Source: Ignavibacteriota bacterium
Lineage (GTDB): Bacteria > Bacteroidota > Ignavibacteria > UBA10030
Assembly (NCBI GenBank): GCA_963727825.1
Contig: CAVSHO010000009.1
Span: 768,001 to 832,000, forward strand
Reading direction: 5' to 3'
Length of the DNA: 64,000 bases
A program made the position numbers and the translations under genes. Numbering within the stretch: position 1 is the stretch's first letter; every line of letters starts with the position of its first letter. Of the stretch, positions 39,391 to 48,862 are shown one piece after another. A model generated the notes under the pieces. The model had not been told where the DNA came from. It did not search any database and saw nothing but the letters and a program-made list of their open reading frames with translations.

Positions 39391-40611
39391 ATGAAAAAGA
39401 AAATCTCTCAACGCGTCTCTATCGCCACGCGAGCAATCCATGGGGAACAGCTATTCGCATTTAGGGGATCGGTTGCAACTCCGATCTATCAAACTTCAAC
39501 ATATCGATTTGAAACATCTGAAGACGCCATCCGGCACGCGAAAGGGGATCCGTCTGTATATGTCTATTCGCGTTATCACAATCCAACAGTGCACGATGTA
39601 GAAGTAAAACTTGCGCTAATGGAAAACGGTGAAGCGGCGGCAATCTTTGCATCCGGTATGGCGGCAATCACCACTGCAATTCTTGCTGTGACGAAAGCAG
39701 GTGACAATATCATCAGCACACCGGCTTTATACGGCGGCACGTACCGGTGGATGCGAGACGAACTACCAAAACAAAACATTAATGTGCGGTTTGTTGATCC
39801 TAACCATCTCGAAGAGATCGGCCAAGTCGCTAACGAGCGAACGACCATCGTTTATATTGAAACCCCAACTAATCCAACGCTTAGTATAGTGGATATCGCA
39901 GAAGTCGTGCGTCAAACTAAGAAAGCACAAAAAAGATTAAGTCGTCCTATTCTAACAATGATCGACAATACGTTTGCTACAATTCTAAATCAGGATCCAT
40001 TCAAATTCGGCGTTGACGTCATCGCAGAAAGTGCCACCAAATATCTTGGCGGCCATGCCGATATTCTGGCCGGGGTTATTGTAGGCAAAGAAGAGTTTGT
40101 TAAGCAGGTGCGCACGCTTGGGAAATATCACGGTGGTTGTGCCGATCCATTTGCGGCGTATTTGCTTGGCAGAAGTTTGAAAACGCTTGAACTTCGTGTG
40201 CACCGGCAAAATGAAAATGCGCTTGCTCTTGCAAAGGCACTCGAGAAAAATAAAAGGGTGAATCGAGTAATTTATCCGGGACTTCCATCGCATCCGCAAC
40301 ATAAAATTGCAAAGAAGCAGATGACCGGCTTCGGCGGAATGGTCACGATTGAAGTTAGGCCATCGAAACGGTACTCACCGGTTGAAGCGGCGGTAAAGGT
40401 TTGCGATAATCTTAAAGTTGCTGTCAATGCAATGTCGCTGGGCAGTGTAGAAACGCTCGTGAGCATTCCTGTTTATTCGTCGCATGTATTTATGTCCGAC
40501 GGAGAACTTAAACGGCACAGTGTAACGGCCGGGATGATCCGCATTTCTGTTGGTATAGAAGGCATCGAAGATTTAATCGAAGATTTCAATCAAGCACTGA
40601 ATAATATTTAG
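39391..40611 (+). CDS. Cys/Met metabolism PLP-dependent enzyme (cystathionine gamma-lyase/synthase-like)
   Basis: YSRYHNPT, SGMAAI, YGGT, ETPTNP, DNTFA and SATKYLGGH; lacks the YGC motif of methionine gamma-lyase. Confidence 0.9.
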   Translation: MKKKISQRVSIATRAIHGEQLFAFRGSVATPIYQTSTYRFETSEDAIRHAKGDPSVYVYSRYHNPTVHDVEVKLALMENGEAAAIFASGMAAITTAILAVTKAGDNIISTPALYGGTYRWMRDELPKQNINVRFVDPNHLEEIGQVANERTTIVYIETPTNPTLSIVDIAEVVRQTKKAQKRLSRPILTMIDNTFATILNQDPFKFGVDVIAESATKYLGGHADILAGVIVGKEEFVKQVRTLGKYHGGCADPFAAYLLGRSLKTLELRVHRQNENALALAKALEKNKRVNRVIYPGLPSHPQHKIAKKQMTGFGGMVTIEVRPSKRYSPVEAAVKVCDNLKVAVNAMSLGSVETLVSIPVYSSHVFMSDGELKRHSVTAGMIRISVGIEGIEDLIEDFNQALNNI

Positions 40612-40623
40612 GAAAAATATTTA

Positions 40624-41529
40624 ATGAAAACTTTACGTTCTATTGTCTTGTTGTTATGCCTATTTTCTCTCTCGGTATTCAGCCAGAATGTGATTATTGT
40701 GGTGATAGATGGGGCCCGTTATTCTGAAACATTTGGTGCGGATTCGCAATATATACCAAACATCTGGAATCAACTTCGTCCCCTTGGTACTATTTGGACA
40801 AGCTTTTACAACGATGGATTAACAAAAACTGATCCAGGACACACAACAATTGCATCTGGGGTTTGGCAAAATATTGACAATAGGGGTATTGGTAGGTCTG
40901 AACAACCAACTGTGTTTGAATATTTCCGCAAATATACAGCGGCTTCTGAGAAAACAACAGCAGTTATTGTCGGCAAGCAAAAACTGGATATTCTCACTTA
41001 CAGTAATCATCCTGACTATGGTGCAAAATATAAAGCATCCTCGTTCATCAGCTCAAATGATACCTCTGTTATGTGTGATGTAAAAAAAGATATCTCATTA
41101 AATCATCCTCGAATAATTATGATCAATTTGCCTAACGTAGATATTGCCGGTCATACAGGCAGTTGGAATGGATATCTTGTTGCCTTACATATTGCTGATT
41201 CGTTGATTTGGAATCTCTGGCAAATTATTCAATCAGATTCAATATATCGGAATACTACGACGCTTTTTGTAACAAACGATCACGGCAGGCACGATGATGC
41301 CCATGGCGGCTTTAAAGATCACGGTGATAGTTGCGAAGGGTGCCGCCATATTCTTTGTCTTGCTATTGGGCGTGCCTTCCCTGCAAATCGAGTTATCAAG
41401 CAAAGACGAACTCAGTGCGATATCGCACCGACGGTTGGTGAACTTCTTTCCTTTCCAACACCGTTTTCAATAGGAACCAGCTTGCTTAATGATGTTAGTT
41501 CCACCAAAGGCGAAATTCAGAACAAGTAA
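40624..41529 (+). CDS. Secreted alkaline-phosphatase-superfamily enzyme
   Basis: Signal peptide, IDGAR, T.PGH nucleophile region, DIAGH, TNDHG and DIAPT motifs. Confidence 0.8.
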   Translation: MKTLRSIVLLLCLFSLSVFSQNVIIVVIDGARYSETFGADSQYIPNIWNQLRPLGTIWTSFYNDGLTKTDPGHTTIASGVWQNIDNRGIGRSEQPTVFEYFRKYTAASEKTTAVIVGKQKLDILTYSNHPDYGAKYKASSFISSNDTSVMCDVKKDISLNHPRIIMINLPNVDIAGHTGSWNGYLVALHIADSLIWNLWQIIQSDSIYRNTTTLFVTNDHGRHDDAHGGFKDHGDSCEGCRHILCLAIGRAFPANRVIKQRRTQCDIAPTVGELLSFPTPFSIGTSLLNDVSSTKGEIQNK

Positions 41530-41602
41530 TGAAAGAGCAATAGCAAAAATGCTTCGAACTTTTTTGCATGTTCTTTGTACTGAAATCAAGCACAAAAAGA
41601 CT

Positions 41603-41631
41603 TTGTAAGTCTGACAATTCTTAATTATATT
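41603..41631 (+). promoter_or_regulatory. Promoter for rpsT
   Basis: TTGTAA-17 nt-TATATT. Confidence 0.55.
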
Positions 41632-41690
41632 TACTTAAGAAAGAAACCAAAGCAACAAGTCCTGAGATTAGGACAAAGGAGAATGAATTA

Positions 41691-41945
41691 ATGCCGCAAC
41701 ATAAATCAGCAGTAAAGCGAGTGCGTCAATACGCAAGCCGCGCAGAAGGCAATAAAAATCGACTTTCGAAGTTGAAAACAATTATAAAGAAAGTGCGTTC
41801 TTCTAAAAGCAAAGAAGAAGCAAGTTTAGCACTAAAAAACGCTGTAAAATACCTTGATCAACTTGGCGCCAAAGGTACAATTCATAAAAAAAATGCTTCC
41901 AACCAGAAATCAAGGCTGACAAAGTTCGTCAATAAAATTAAGTAA
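41691..41945 (+). CDS. rpsT: 30S ribosomal protein S20
   Basis: HKSAVKRVRQ...KGTIHKKNASNQKSRL. Confidence 0.97.
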   Translation: MPQHKSAVKRVRQYASRAEGNKNRLSKLKTIIKKVRSSKSKEEASLALKNAVKYLDQLGAKGTIHKKNASNQKSRLTKFVNKIK

Positions 41946-41968
41946 ACTGTGTTGAGCGTGTTGAAATG

Positions 41969-42001
41969 AAAAACCCCAATCTAATTTAGATTGGGGTTTT
42001 T
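41969..42001. terminator. Bidirectional intrinsic terminator
   Basis: Perfect inverted repeat AAAAACCCCAATCTAA-T-TTAGATTGGGGTTTTT between converging genes. Confidence 0.85.
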
Positions 42002-42108
42002 ATTAAGTGAATATAGTTGTTTAAAATTCAAAATCTTAGGTAAAGAAATCCTTCTATCTTTTTTAAGAGAACGTCATTTAATTAATTTCGAAGATATAAC
42101 TAATCCCG

Positions 42109-43326
42109 CTATCCTTTACTTTTTTTCTTTAATTCTTCCAATTCGGCAATTCGTTTTTCGTACTTTTCTTTTTCCGCCGGCTTATTGTGTGCAAGTGTTT
42201 TATATGCTTTGATAGCATCGTCAAACCAGCCTTGCTTAGCATAAATTTCTGCAAGCGTTGGTGTTACAAAGCCCATACCTGCCGGTGTATCTTGCTCAGA
42301 TGCGGCAGGTGTTTCCTTTTGAGCAAAGTTGATAACGGGTGTAATCTTGCCTGCATTTTGCAATTTGTTAGTAAGTTCTTCAATCTTATTCTGCACGCCA
42401 GCGGGAATTGAATCGGTTATCGGCAACGTGAATTCTTGCGGCTTTTCAGGGGTTTTATTGCTTAGATAGTCTTCCAGCGAAACTGTGTCTTCACCAGAGA
42501 GTTCTTTCGTACGCCGCGAACTGTAACTCTCGAAAGATTCTTCTTCTGATGGTGCTGAAGTCATAGATAAATCGACATCGGAAGTTGGCGGTGTAAATTC
42601 AAATCCTCCTGATGATTCTGTTGACGGCGCTTGTGTTGGTTCTGTCGGATTAATTAATGGTTCCGGTTGTGGAAAATTGAATTCAGAAAATGGCGATGTT
42701 TCAAATGTTGCCGGCGTTTCATTTAATCCAAATGTTTCCTCTGCTGGAGCTGTGGGAGATATTTGAGTTAATTCGTCAAAGAAGTTTGTCGCCGAAGAGA
42801 CGATCGGCGTTGGTTCCGGCTGTTGCTCTGGCGCCGCTTGTTCAATTTCACCAAAATTAAATGACGGTGGTGGAGTAATCGGAACTTCGGGAGAAGTAGA
42901 AATTGGATAATTATATCCAGTCGCCAAGGGCTGTATTGGTTTCGGTGCAACTATTTCTGGTGTTGAAGGTGGATGCCCCGGCTGTGCTTTTGGAGGCGTT
43001 ATTGTAAGTGTCTCTTCCACTGGAGGCGGCATTTGCGCCAGCAAATTTATCAGAGTCTCATTGTTCGGGAGAAAATCAATTACAAATTCAAATTCGCGTC
43101 GCGCCTCTGCTCGCATATTTAATGCAACTAGCGCTTTACCTTTAATAAGGTGTCCCGTGGTAAAGAACGGAAAATTTGCAAGTCCTGCATCACATATCCG
43201 TAACGCATCTTGTGCACGTTTTGCTTCAAGATAGTAGTGTGCTAATTGAGCAAAGAGCGGCGACTTGGCGTCTGTTCCGACTCTTTTTTCCAGCATCGCA
43301 ATATGCTGTTGAGCTGTATCGATCAT
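42109..43326 (-). CDS. TPR-containing protein with long Pro/Ser/Thr/Glu-rich linker
   Basis: N-terminal TPR-like helices, low-complexity middle and C-terminal VTPTLAEIYAKQG motif. Confidence 0.75.
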   Translation of the reverse strand: MIDTAQQHIAMLEKRVGTDAKSPLFAQLAHYYLEAKRAQDALRICDAGLANFPFFTTGHLIKGKALVALNMRAEARREFEFVIDFLPNNETLINLLAQMPPPVEETLTITPPKAQPGHPPSTPEIVAPKPIQPLATGYNYPISTSPEVPITPPPSFNFGEIEQAAPEQQPEPTPIVSSATNFFDELTQISPTAPAEETFGLNETPATFETSPFSEFNFPQPEPLINPTEPTQAPSTESSGGFEFTPPTSDVDLSMTSAPSEEESFESYSSRRTKELSGEDTVSLEDYLSNKTPEKPQEFTLPITDSIPAGVQNKIEELTNKLQNAGKITPVINFAQKETPAASEQDTPAGMGFVTPTLAEIYAKQGWFDDAIKAYKTLAHNKPAEKEKYEKRIAELEELKKKSKG

Positions 43327-44849
43327 TGTGTTTGTTGACGAAGTTTTCTTGCCTCAAGTGCTTGTCTGACAGATAGCCATGAAACACATGCAAATCCCAT
43401 AAAATAAAGCATTTGAAATGGCAATGCGGCTATCTCTAAATAGTATAATGATGAAATCACACCGAAGAAGCAATAGATAGCAAGAATAATTTCAATTGCC
43501 ACTACCCAATCGAATTTCTTTTTATTGATGTACATATTCTTTTTCCACGTGTCTTTTTTACCCTCAATGGCATATTTTGGCGTTCGTACAAACTCACTTT
43601 TACGCTTAAATAGGCCTTCAAACACAGCGCGAGAATTGTTTACTGCAAAACCCATACTGCCCGCCATAAAGAGAGGAAAAAGCATAATGCGTCGACGCCA
43701 ATCCGGATAAACAGCCTTTTGTGATATGAGGTAAAATAAGAACGACCCGATGAACGCGATTACAAATACCGACATCATAGCAAAGTACGCTTCATGCCCG
43801 CCTTGTTGTTTGATGAAAATGAGCGGACCATTCAATATCCCAGCTAGAACAATAAACGGATAGACAATGTTGCTTGTAAGATGAAAAGTTGAGTGAATCT
43901 TTATTCGCAGCGGAATATTAGATTTCCATACCTCTGGAATCATTTTTCGAGCAGTTTCAATAGCACCCTTTGTCCAGCGAAATTGCTGCGACTTCAAAGC
44001 ATTTACTTCGGCGGGCAATTCTGCCGGTGAAGTAACGCCAGTAAGATATTTAAATTTCCAGCCTCGAAGTTGCGCACGATAGCTTAGATCTAGATCTTCT
44101 GTCAGTGTATCTGATTGCCAATTGCCGGCATCAAGAATAGTTGCCTTACGCCAAACACCTCCCGTGCCGTTAAATTGGATGAAGAAACCTGCCTTATTGC
44201 GCACATCTTGTTCCACAACAAAGTGACCGTCCAGAGCAAACGCTTGTGCGCGAGTCAACATCGAGTATTCGCGGTTTATGTGTTCCCATCTTGTCTGCAC
44301 CACGCCAATTTTTGGATCAGCAAAAAAATGAGGAATTGTTTTTACCAGAAAATCTGTGTTCGGGACAAAGTCCGCATCAAAGATCGCTATGAATTCACCA
44401 CGCGCGGTTTCAAGTCCATGCTTCAGTGCGCCGGCTTTATAACCTGAACGATTCGTGCGGCGAACATGTTTAATATCATACCCGAGAGCACAATAGTGAG
44501 TTACGGCTTTCGCCACCAATTCAATTGTTTCGTCTGTTGAATCATCCAACACCTGCACTTCCAATTTGTCCTTAGGATATTCAAGTGCGCATACCGCATC
44601 AATCAATCGATTTGTAACATACAGCTCGTTGAACAGCGGGAGTTGTATAGTTACAACTGGTGTTTCCTTCAGAGGCGGTTGAATACTCGCGACGCCACGC
44701 TGTTTCATGTAATGATACACCATTACAAATCCGTGCGCGCCGAACGTGAATAGAATAAGTAATGAAATAAAATATAGATACATAACGAAATCCGAGAATG
44801 CTGGATTTCCGATAATTTCTTGCCTAAAGAAAAATACTGCGAGTGTCAT
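43323..44849 (-). CDS. Processive GT2 glycosyltransferase (cellulose synthase-like)
   Basis: DDSTD, KAGAL, FDADF, TEDLD and QQFRW motifs plus TM segments. Confidence 0.9.
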   Translation of the reverse strand: MTLAVFFFRQEIIGNPAFSDFVMYLYFISLLILFTFGAHGFVMVYHYMKQRGVASIQPPLKETPVVTIQLPLFNELYVTNRLIDAVCALEYPKDKLEVQVLDDSTDETIELVAKAVTHYCALGYDIKHVRRTNRSGYKAGALKHGLETARGEFIAIFDADFVPNTDFLVKTIPHFFADPKIGVVQTRWEHINREYSMLTRAQAFALDGHFVVEQDVRNKAGFFIQFNGTGGVWRKATILDAGNWQSDTLTEDLDLSYRAQLRGWKFKYLTGVTSPAELPAEVNALKSQQFRWTKGAIETARKMIPEVWKSNIPLRIKIHSTFHLTSNIVYPFIVLAGILNGPLIFIKQQGGHEAYFAMMSVFVIAFIGSFLFYLISQKAVYPDWRRRIMLFPLFMAGSMGFAVNNSRAVFEGLFKRKSEFVRTPKYAIEGKKDTWKKNMYINKKKFDWVVAIEIILAIYCFFGVISSLYYLEIAALPFQMLYFMGFACVSWLSVRQALEARKLRQQTQ

Positions 44850-44850
44850 A

Positions 44851-45387
44851 TTACCATCCTGCGACTGTGTCGTTAAGAATATCTTCTGTTAATTTTTTGA
44901 CTGCTTCCGTTACCCCATCGTTGCGCTGCGTCAAACCGCCGCCCGATGGATAATCTCCCCAGTTGCTAAAACTTTTTTCCCATATTTTTTTACGAAGCTT
45001 CAAATCCTGAAAAGTCATGCGTACTGTAACTGTGATACGTCGCTGTGTAACCTGTTCACCGCCTTGCAGTACCGATGGGGCATCTTTCACATCGGTTACC
45101 ACACCTTCGAGTATGCAATCCGCTGTGTTGCGATCTGTCAATTGAAGCGTATTGTCGCTTGTAAATAGAGCCACTAATTGACTTGTGAACGTAGTCCGAA
45201 GCGTCGGGTCACCATATGCACTTTGATCTTCCACAATAGGAATAGCGATTGTTTTCAAATGTGGCGGTACCGATCCGCCTTTAAATGAATAAGTACATCC
45301 AGCAATGAGCAACGAACAATGAATAACAAGTAATGAGAAAAGAAAAAGGCGTGTTCTTTTTTCCATTGTCACTTTTTCGTTTTTCAT
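44851..45387 (-). CDS. lptE: LptE-family lipoprotein
   Basis: Lipobox IAGC then YSF.G; position after the sigma54 activator as in FCB genomes; ends in W. Confidence 0.75.
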   Translation of the reverse strand: MKNEKVTMEKRTRLFLFSLLVIHCSLLIAGCTYSFKGGSVPPHLKTIAIPIVEDQSAYGDPTLRTTFTSQLVALFTSDNTLQLTDRNTADCILEGVVTDVKDAPSVLQGGEQVTQRRITVTVRMTFQDLKLRKKIWEKSFSNWGDYPSGGGLTQRNDGVTEAVKKLTEDILNDTVAGW

Positions 45388-45388
45388 T
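45302..45388. repeat. Heptamer tandem repeats arranged as an inverted pair
   Basis: GCAATGA GCAACGA ACAATGA ATAACAA GTAATGA GAAAAGA ... TTCCATT GTCACTT TTTCGTT TTTCATT. Confidence 0.65.
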
Positions 45389-46505
45389 GAAGTCCAAAAT
45401 CCTTTATTTTTCGGTACAATGTCCGTTCGCTGATGTTTAGCTCTTTTGCCGCGAGACGGCGATTCCCCTTATTCCGATCAAGCGACCCACAAATCATTCG
45501 CCGTTCCATTTCGTCCATCGTTAAAACACCGTTGCCGTTTTGCGGTTGTACGTTATTACCTTGCGCTCCATCTGCACTGGATATTATCCGTCCGGTCAGC
45601 AGTTCTTTCATCTCAATAATATTGGATTTAAGGTCAACCAAGGCACGATAAATTAGCTCCCGTTCTGCCTGCTCAACAGTCTTGTTTGAAATGACCGGTA
45701 GATTCCGATCTGTTGCCACCGAGGGCTGCTCATGAAGATATTTTCTCACGTCATCCCCGTTAAGTTGTTTCCCGCTTTCCAGAATAAGCATGCTTTCGAT
45801 AGCATTTCGTAATTCGCGGATATTTCCCGGCCAGCTATAATTCATTAATAATTCGGTCGCGTCATCAGTAAATCCGCTGAATTGAATTTTGTTTTTATCA
45901 GATGTCTCTTTCACAAACTGTTCAACAAGCGCAGGAATATCTTCCTTCCTGCTGCGCAATGGCGGCAAATGAATGTTTACCGAACGTAATCGGAAATATA
46001 AATCAGGACGAAAATGTTTTTGCTGAACTTCATATTCCAGCAGTTTGTTCGTCGCCGCTATGACTCGTACATCTGTCCTGCGCGCCAAAGACGAACCAAC
46101 TCTCATATACTCACCGCTTTCCAGCACACGCAATAATTTAACTTGCGTGGAGAGCGGCATCTCGCCAATTTCGTCAAGGAGAATGGTTCCGCCATCTGCA
46201 ATCTCAAAGTAACCACGGCGCATATCTGCGGCACTAGTAAACGCTCCTTTTTCATGTCCGAACAGTTCGCTTTCAATCAACCCTTCCGGAATTGCACCGC
46301 AGTTCACTGACACAAGTGCGTTTTGAGAACGCTTGCTTTCACCGTGAATTGCCTTGGCAATAACTTCCTTGCCCGTGCCGCTCTCTCCAGAAATAAGCAC
46401 TGTAATGTCTGTCGGCGCTACTTGTTGAACGACATCAATAATTTCTTGCATCTCCGGCGATTTTCCGACAATGCCGTATGTTCGCTGAAATACTTCTCGA
46501 TCCAT
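45384..46505 (-). CDS. Sigma54-interacting AAA+ Fis-family regulator without N-terminal sensor domain
   Basis: GESGTGKE, ESELFGHEKGAFTSA, LDEIGE, WPGNIREL and C-terminal HTH. Confidence 0.93.
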   Translation of the reverse strand: MDREVFQRTYGIVGKSPEMQEIIDVVQQVAPTDITVLISGESGTGKEVIAKAIHGESKRSQNALVSVNCGAIPEGLIESELFGHEKGAFTSAADMRRGYFEIADGGTILLDEIGEMPLSTQVKLLRVLESGEYMRVGSSLARRTDVRVIAATNKLLEYEVQQKHFRPDLYFRLRSVNIHLPPLRSRKEDIPALVEQFVKETSDKNKIQFSGFTDDATELLMNYSWPGNIRELRNAIESMLILESGKQLNGDDVRKYLHEQPSVATDRNLPVISNKTVEQAERELIYRALVDLKSNIIEMKELLTGRIISSADGAQGNNVQPQNGNGVLTMDEMERRMICGSLDRNKGNRRLAAKELNISERTLYRKIKDFGLQ

Positions 46506-47224
46506 TAACGTGAAACAACTATAGACGTTAGATTAAATTTACTTTTAATTTCCGCAGTAACCCGCTGCGCTTCATCATATGTCTGGAATTCACCTACCCA
46601 AACTTTATGCAATTTTTTACCATGGCTGACAATAGTGAAGATATTAGATTGAAATCCTTCCTTTTCGAATTTTGCTTTCAACTCGTTTGCATTTTCAAAT
46701 GTCGAAAATGCACCAACTTGCACAGTGAAGTTTGTTGCAAATTTCGGCACTGTTCCTTTAGGTTTTATAACTGTCGGCTTTTCTTTTGCTGCTCTTTTTT
46801 CTTCTACCACCGAATTCTTTTCCGTTGCATACGCTGAGAACGGATATTCTTCCTTTAGCTGTGTCAATTTTTGATCGGCAGTTTTATATAGGCCTATTGA
46901 ATAATAGTATTGATAGAGTTTGTAGAGTGCATCGTCTCCCCATTCACTTTTTGGAAAATTATCCACAATATTCTGATACAGCTTCGCCGCTTCTGTGCCA
47001 TCCGTGGTCAGCACAGCCTGTAAGTACATTACACCTGGATTGTTTTGATAGTTTGTCATTAGTGAAGGAAGTTCGGCGCGCACTGCTTCCGCTTGACCTT
47101 TCTCGATCATTTCAAGACGATGTCGAATATCCGGTTCGTTGTTGTTCGTCTGTGTGCAGAGCGCTGGCATAAATAAAACGAAAACAATAATTGATATGAT
47201 AACCGTTCTAATAAGTATTCTCAT
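46505..47224 (-). CDS. TPR plus SPOR domain periplasmic protein
   Basis: Signal peptide from ATG 47224, TPR-like repeats and VQVGAFS..ENA SPOR motif. Confidence 0.85.
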   Translation of the reverse strand: MRILIRTVIISIIVFVLFMPALCTQTNNNEPDIRHRLEMIEKGQAEAVRAELPSLMTNYQNNPGVMYLQAVLTTDGTEAAKLYQNIVDNFPKSEWGDDALYKLYQYYYSIGLYKTADQKLTQLKEEYPFSAYATEKNSVVEEKRAAKEKPTVIKPKGTVPKFATNFTVQVGAFSTFENANELKAKFEKEGFQSNIFTIVSHGKKLHKVWVGEFQTYDEAQRVTAEIKSKFNLTSIVVSR

Positions 47225-47237
47225 GGTTTTAATCTTC

Positions 47238-48581
47238 CTATGTTGTGAGAATAGCAAACTGGGGAAGCAAGCATCCGGTCTTCGTACCAAACAATGTTGC
47301 TGAATTTGCTCTTTCAATGCGAATACCAATGTAATCGCCAATAGCATCGCCGTTCTTTGTAAAGACCACCATTTTGTTTGTATCTGTTCTACCGCAAAAC
47401 TCATCAATGGACTTTTTGCTTAACCCTTCAACAAGGACTTCCACTGTATCCCCAATCATAGTTTTATTCCGTTGAAGTGAAATATCGCGCTGAAGATCAA
47501 TAATTTCACCGAGCCGACGGTTCTTAACTTCTTCAGGAACGTCGTCGCCTATTTGCCATGCTTTCGTGTTCTCTCGTGGAGAATACTTGAATGTGTAAGC
47601 GCCATCAAATTCTATTTCGTGCAATAAATCTAACGTCTTTTTGTGGTCATCTTCTGTCTCGGTTGGAAAACCTGAAATAATATCGGTTGTGAGACTTATA
47701 TTGGGAATGACTTTTTTGATTCTATTAATGAGATTAAGATATTGATTTCTAGTATAAGTTCGGTTCATCAATTCTAAAATTCTATCTGAACCTGACTGCA
47801 CGGGCAGATGAATATAATTACAAATGTTATCCCGCGACGCAATAGCATTAATCAGTTTATCTGACATATCTTGCGGATGGGAAGTCATAAATCTTATACG
47901 TATTTTTTTATCGACATCAGCAACCTTAATAAGCAAATCTGCAAAGTCAAATTTGTCATCGCTATACGAATTTACATTCTGACCGAGTAGGGTTGCTTCC
48001 TTAAAACCACGGCGAGAAAGATCTTCCATTTCCAATATAATAGATGCAATTGAACGACTTCGCTCGCGTCCGCGTGTAAACGGCACCACACAGTAAGCGC
48101 AAAACTTATCGCAACCTCGCATGATGGGAACCCATGCACTCAAGCCATTGGTACGTAATGGAATAATATCATCGTACTTTTCTACGCGAGAAAGTTTTAC
48201 GGCAATGCCTTTTTCGCCACCATCTGCCGCCGCGATAAGTGCGGGCAACTTACGGTATTCATCCGGTCCTATAACGAGATCAATAAAATCTCCCAACTCC
48301 ATCAACTCTTTACGAACACGCTCTGCCATGCATCCTAGTACACCAACTATTACATTCGGATTCGTTTTTTTATAATGATTGAAATCACCAAGCCGCCCAA
48401 TGATTCGTTGTTCGGCATTATCGCGCACGGCGCAAGTGTTTATTAAAACAATATCAGCGCATGACAGTGTCTCAGTACGAACAAAACCAGCTTTGTGCAT
48501 GATGCTGAGGACGATTTCTGTATCCGCCATGTTCATCTGGCAGCCGTAAGTTTCAATATAAACACTTCGACTTGTTTTCAT
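47238..48581 (-). CDS. miaB: tRNA-2-methylthio-N6-isopentenyladenosine synthase
   Basis: TYGCQMN, NTCAVR, CDKFCAYC radical-SAM motif and TRAM domain. Confidence 0.96.
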   Translation of the reverse strand: MKTSRSVYIETYGCQMNMADTEIVLSIMHKAGFVRTETLSCADIVLINTCAVRDNAEQRIIGRLGDFNHYKKTNPNVIVGVLGCMAERVRKELMELGDFIDLVIGPDEYRKLPALIAAADGGEKGIAVKLSRVEKYDDIIPLRTNGLSAWVPIMRGCDKFCAYCVVPFTRGRERSRSIASIILEMEDLSRRGFKEATLLGQNVNSYSDDKFDFADLLIKVADVDKKIRIRFMTSHPQDMSDKLINAIASRDNICNYIHLPVQSGSDRILELMNRTYTRNQYLNLINRIKKVIPNISLTTDIISGFPTETEDDHKKTLDLLHEIEFDGAYTFKYSPRENTKAWQIGDDVPEEVKNRRLGEIIDLQRDISLQRNKTMIGDTVEVLVEGLSKKSIDEFCGRTDTNKMVVFTKNGDAIGDYIGIRIERANSATLFGTKTGCLLPQFAILTT

Positions 48582-48753
48582 TTCTTTCTTTATTAGTAAA
48601 TAATGATAATGAAACAATGGCAGACACACAACAAATCACCTGCATGATTAATGTTAATTAATCTTAAAGAGATTGTTGATGTTTTCGCTATTAACTTCTT
48701 GTAGTATTGCCAAATCGGCAGGTTATAAACTTCTTTTTATTGAATTTTAGTAA

Positions 48754-48782
48754 TTGATTGAGCACAAATGCTGTTGTATATT
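48754..48782 (+). promoter_or_regulatory. Promoter for pta
   Basis: TTGATT-17 nt-TATATT. Confidence 0.65.
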
Positions 48783-48862
48783 AAAATAATCTAATAAGCG
48801 CGAACTGAAAATCGATCTATTATTAAATACTTTTAACGTCCACAATTTGAAGAAAGCCGCAT

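Noticed and set aside
42400-43030. Low-complexity Pro/Thr/Ser/Glu region as a DNA repeat array
   Set aside because: No tandem DNA unit visible; it is a disordered protein linker.
46502-46517. parS-like half site ACGTGAAACA
   Set aside because: Left half has several mismatches and lies at a coding junction.
46959-46967. Perfect DnaA box TTATCCACA
   Set aside because: Single copy inside the SPOR gene with no cluster or AT-rich unwinding element.
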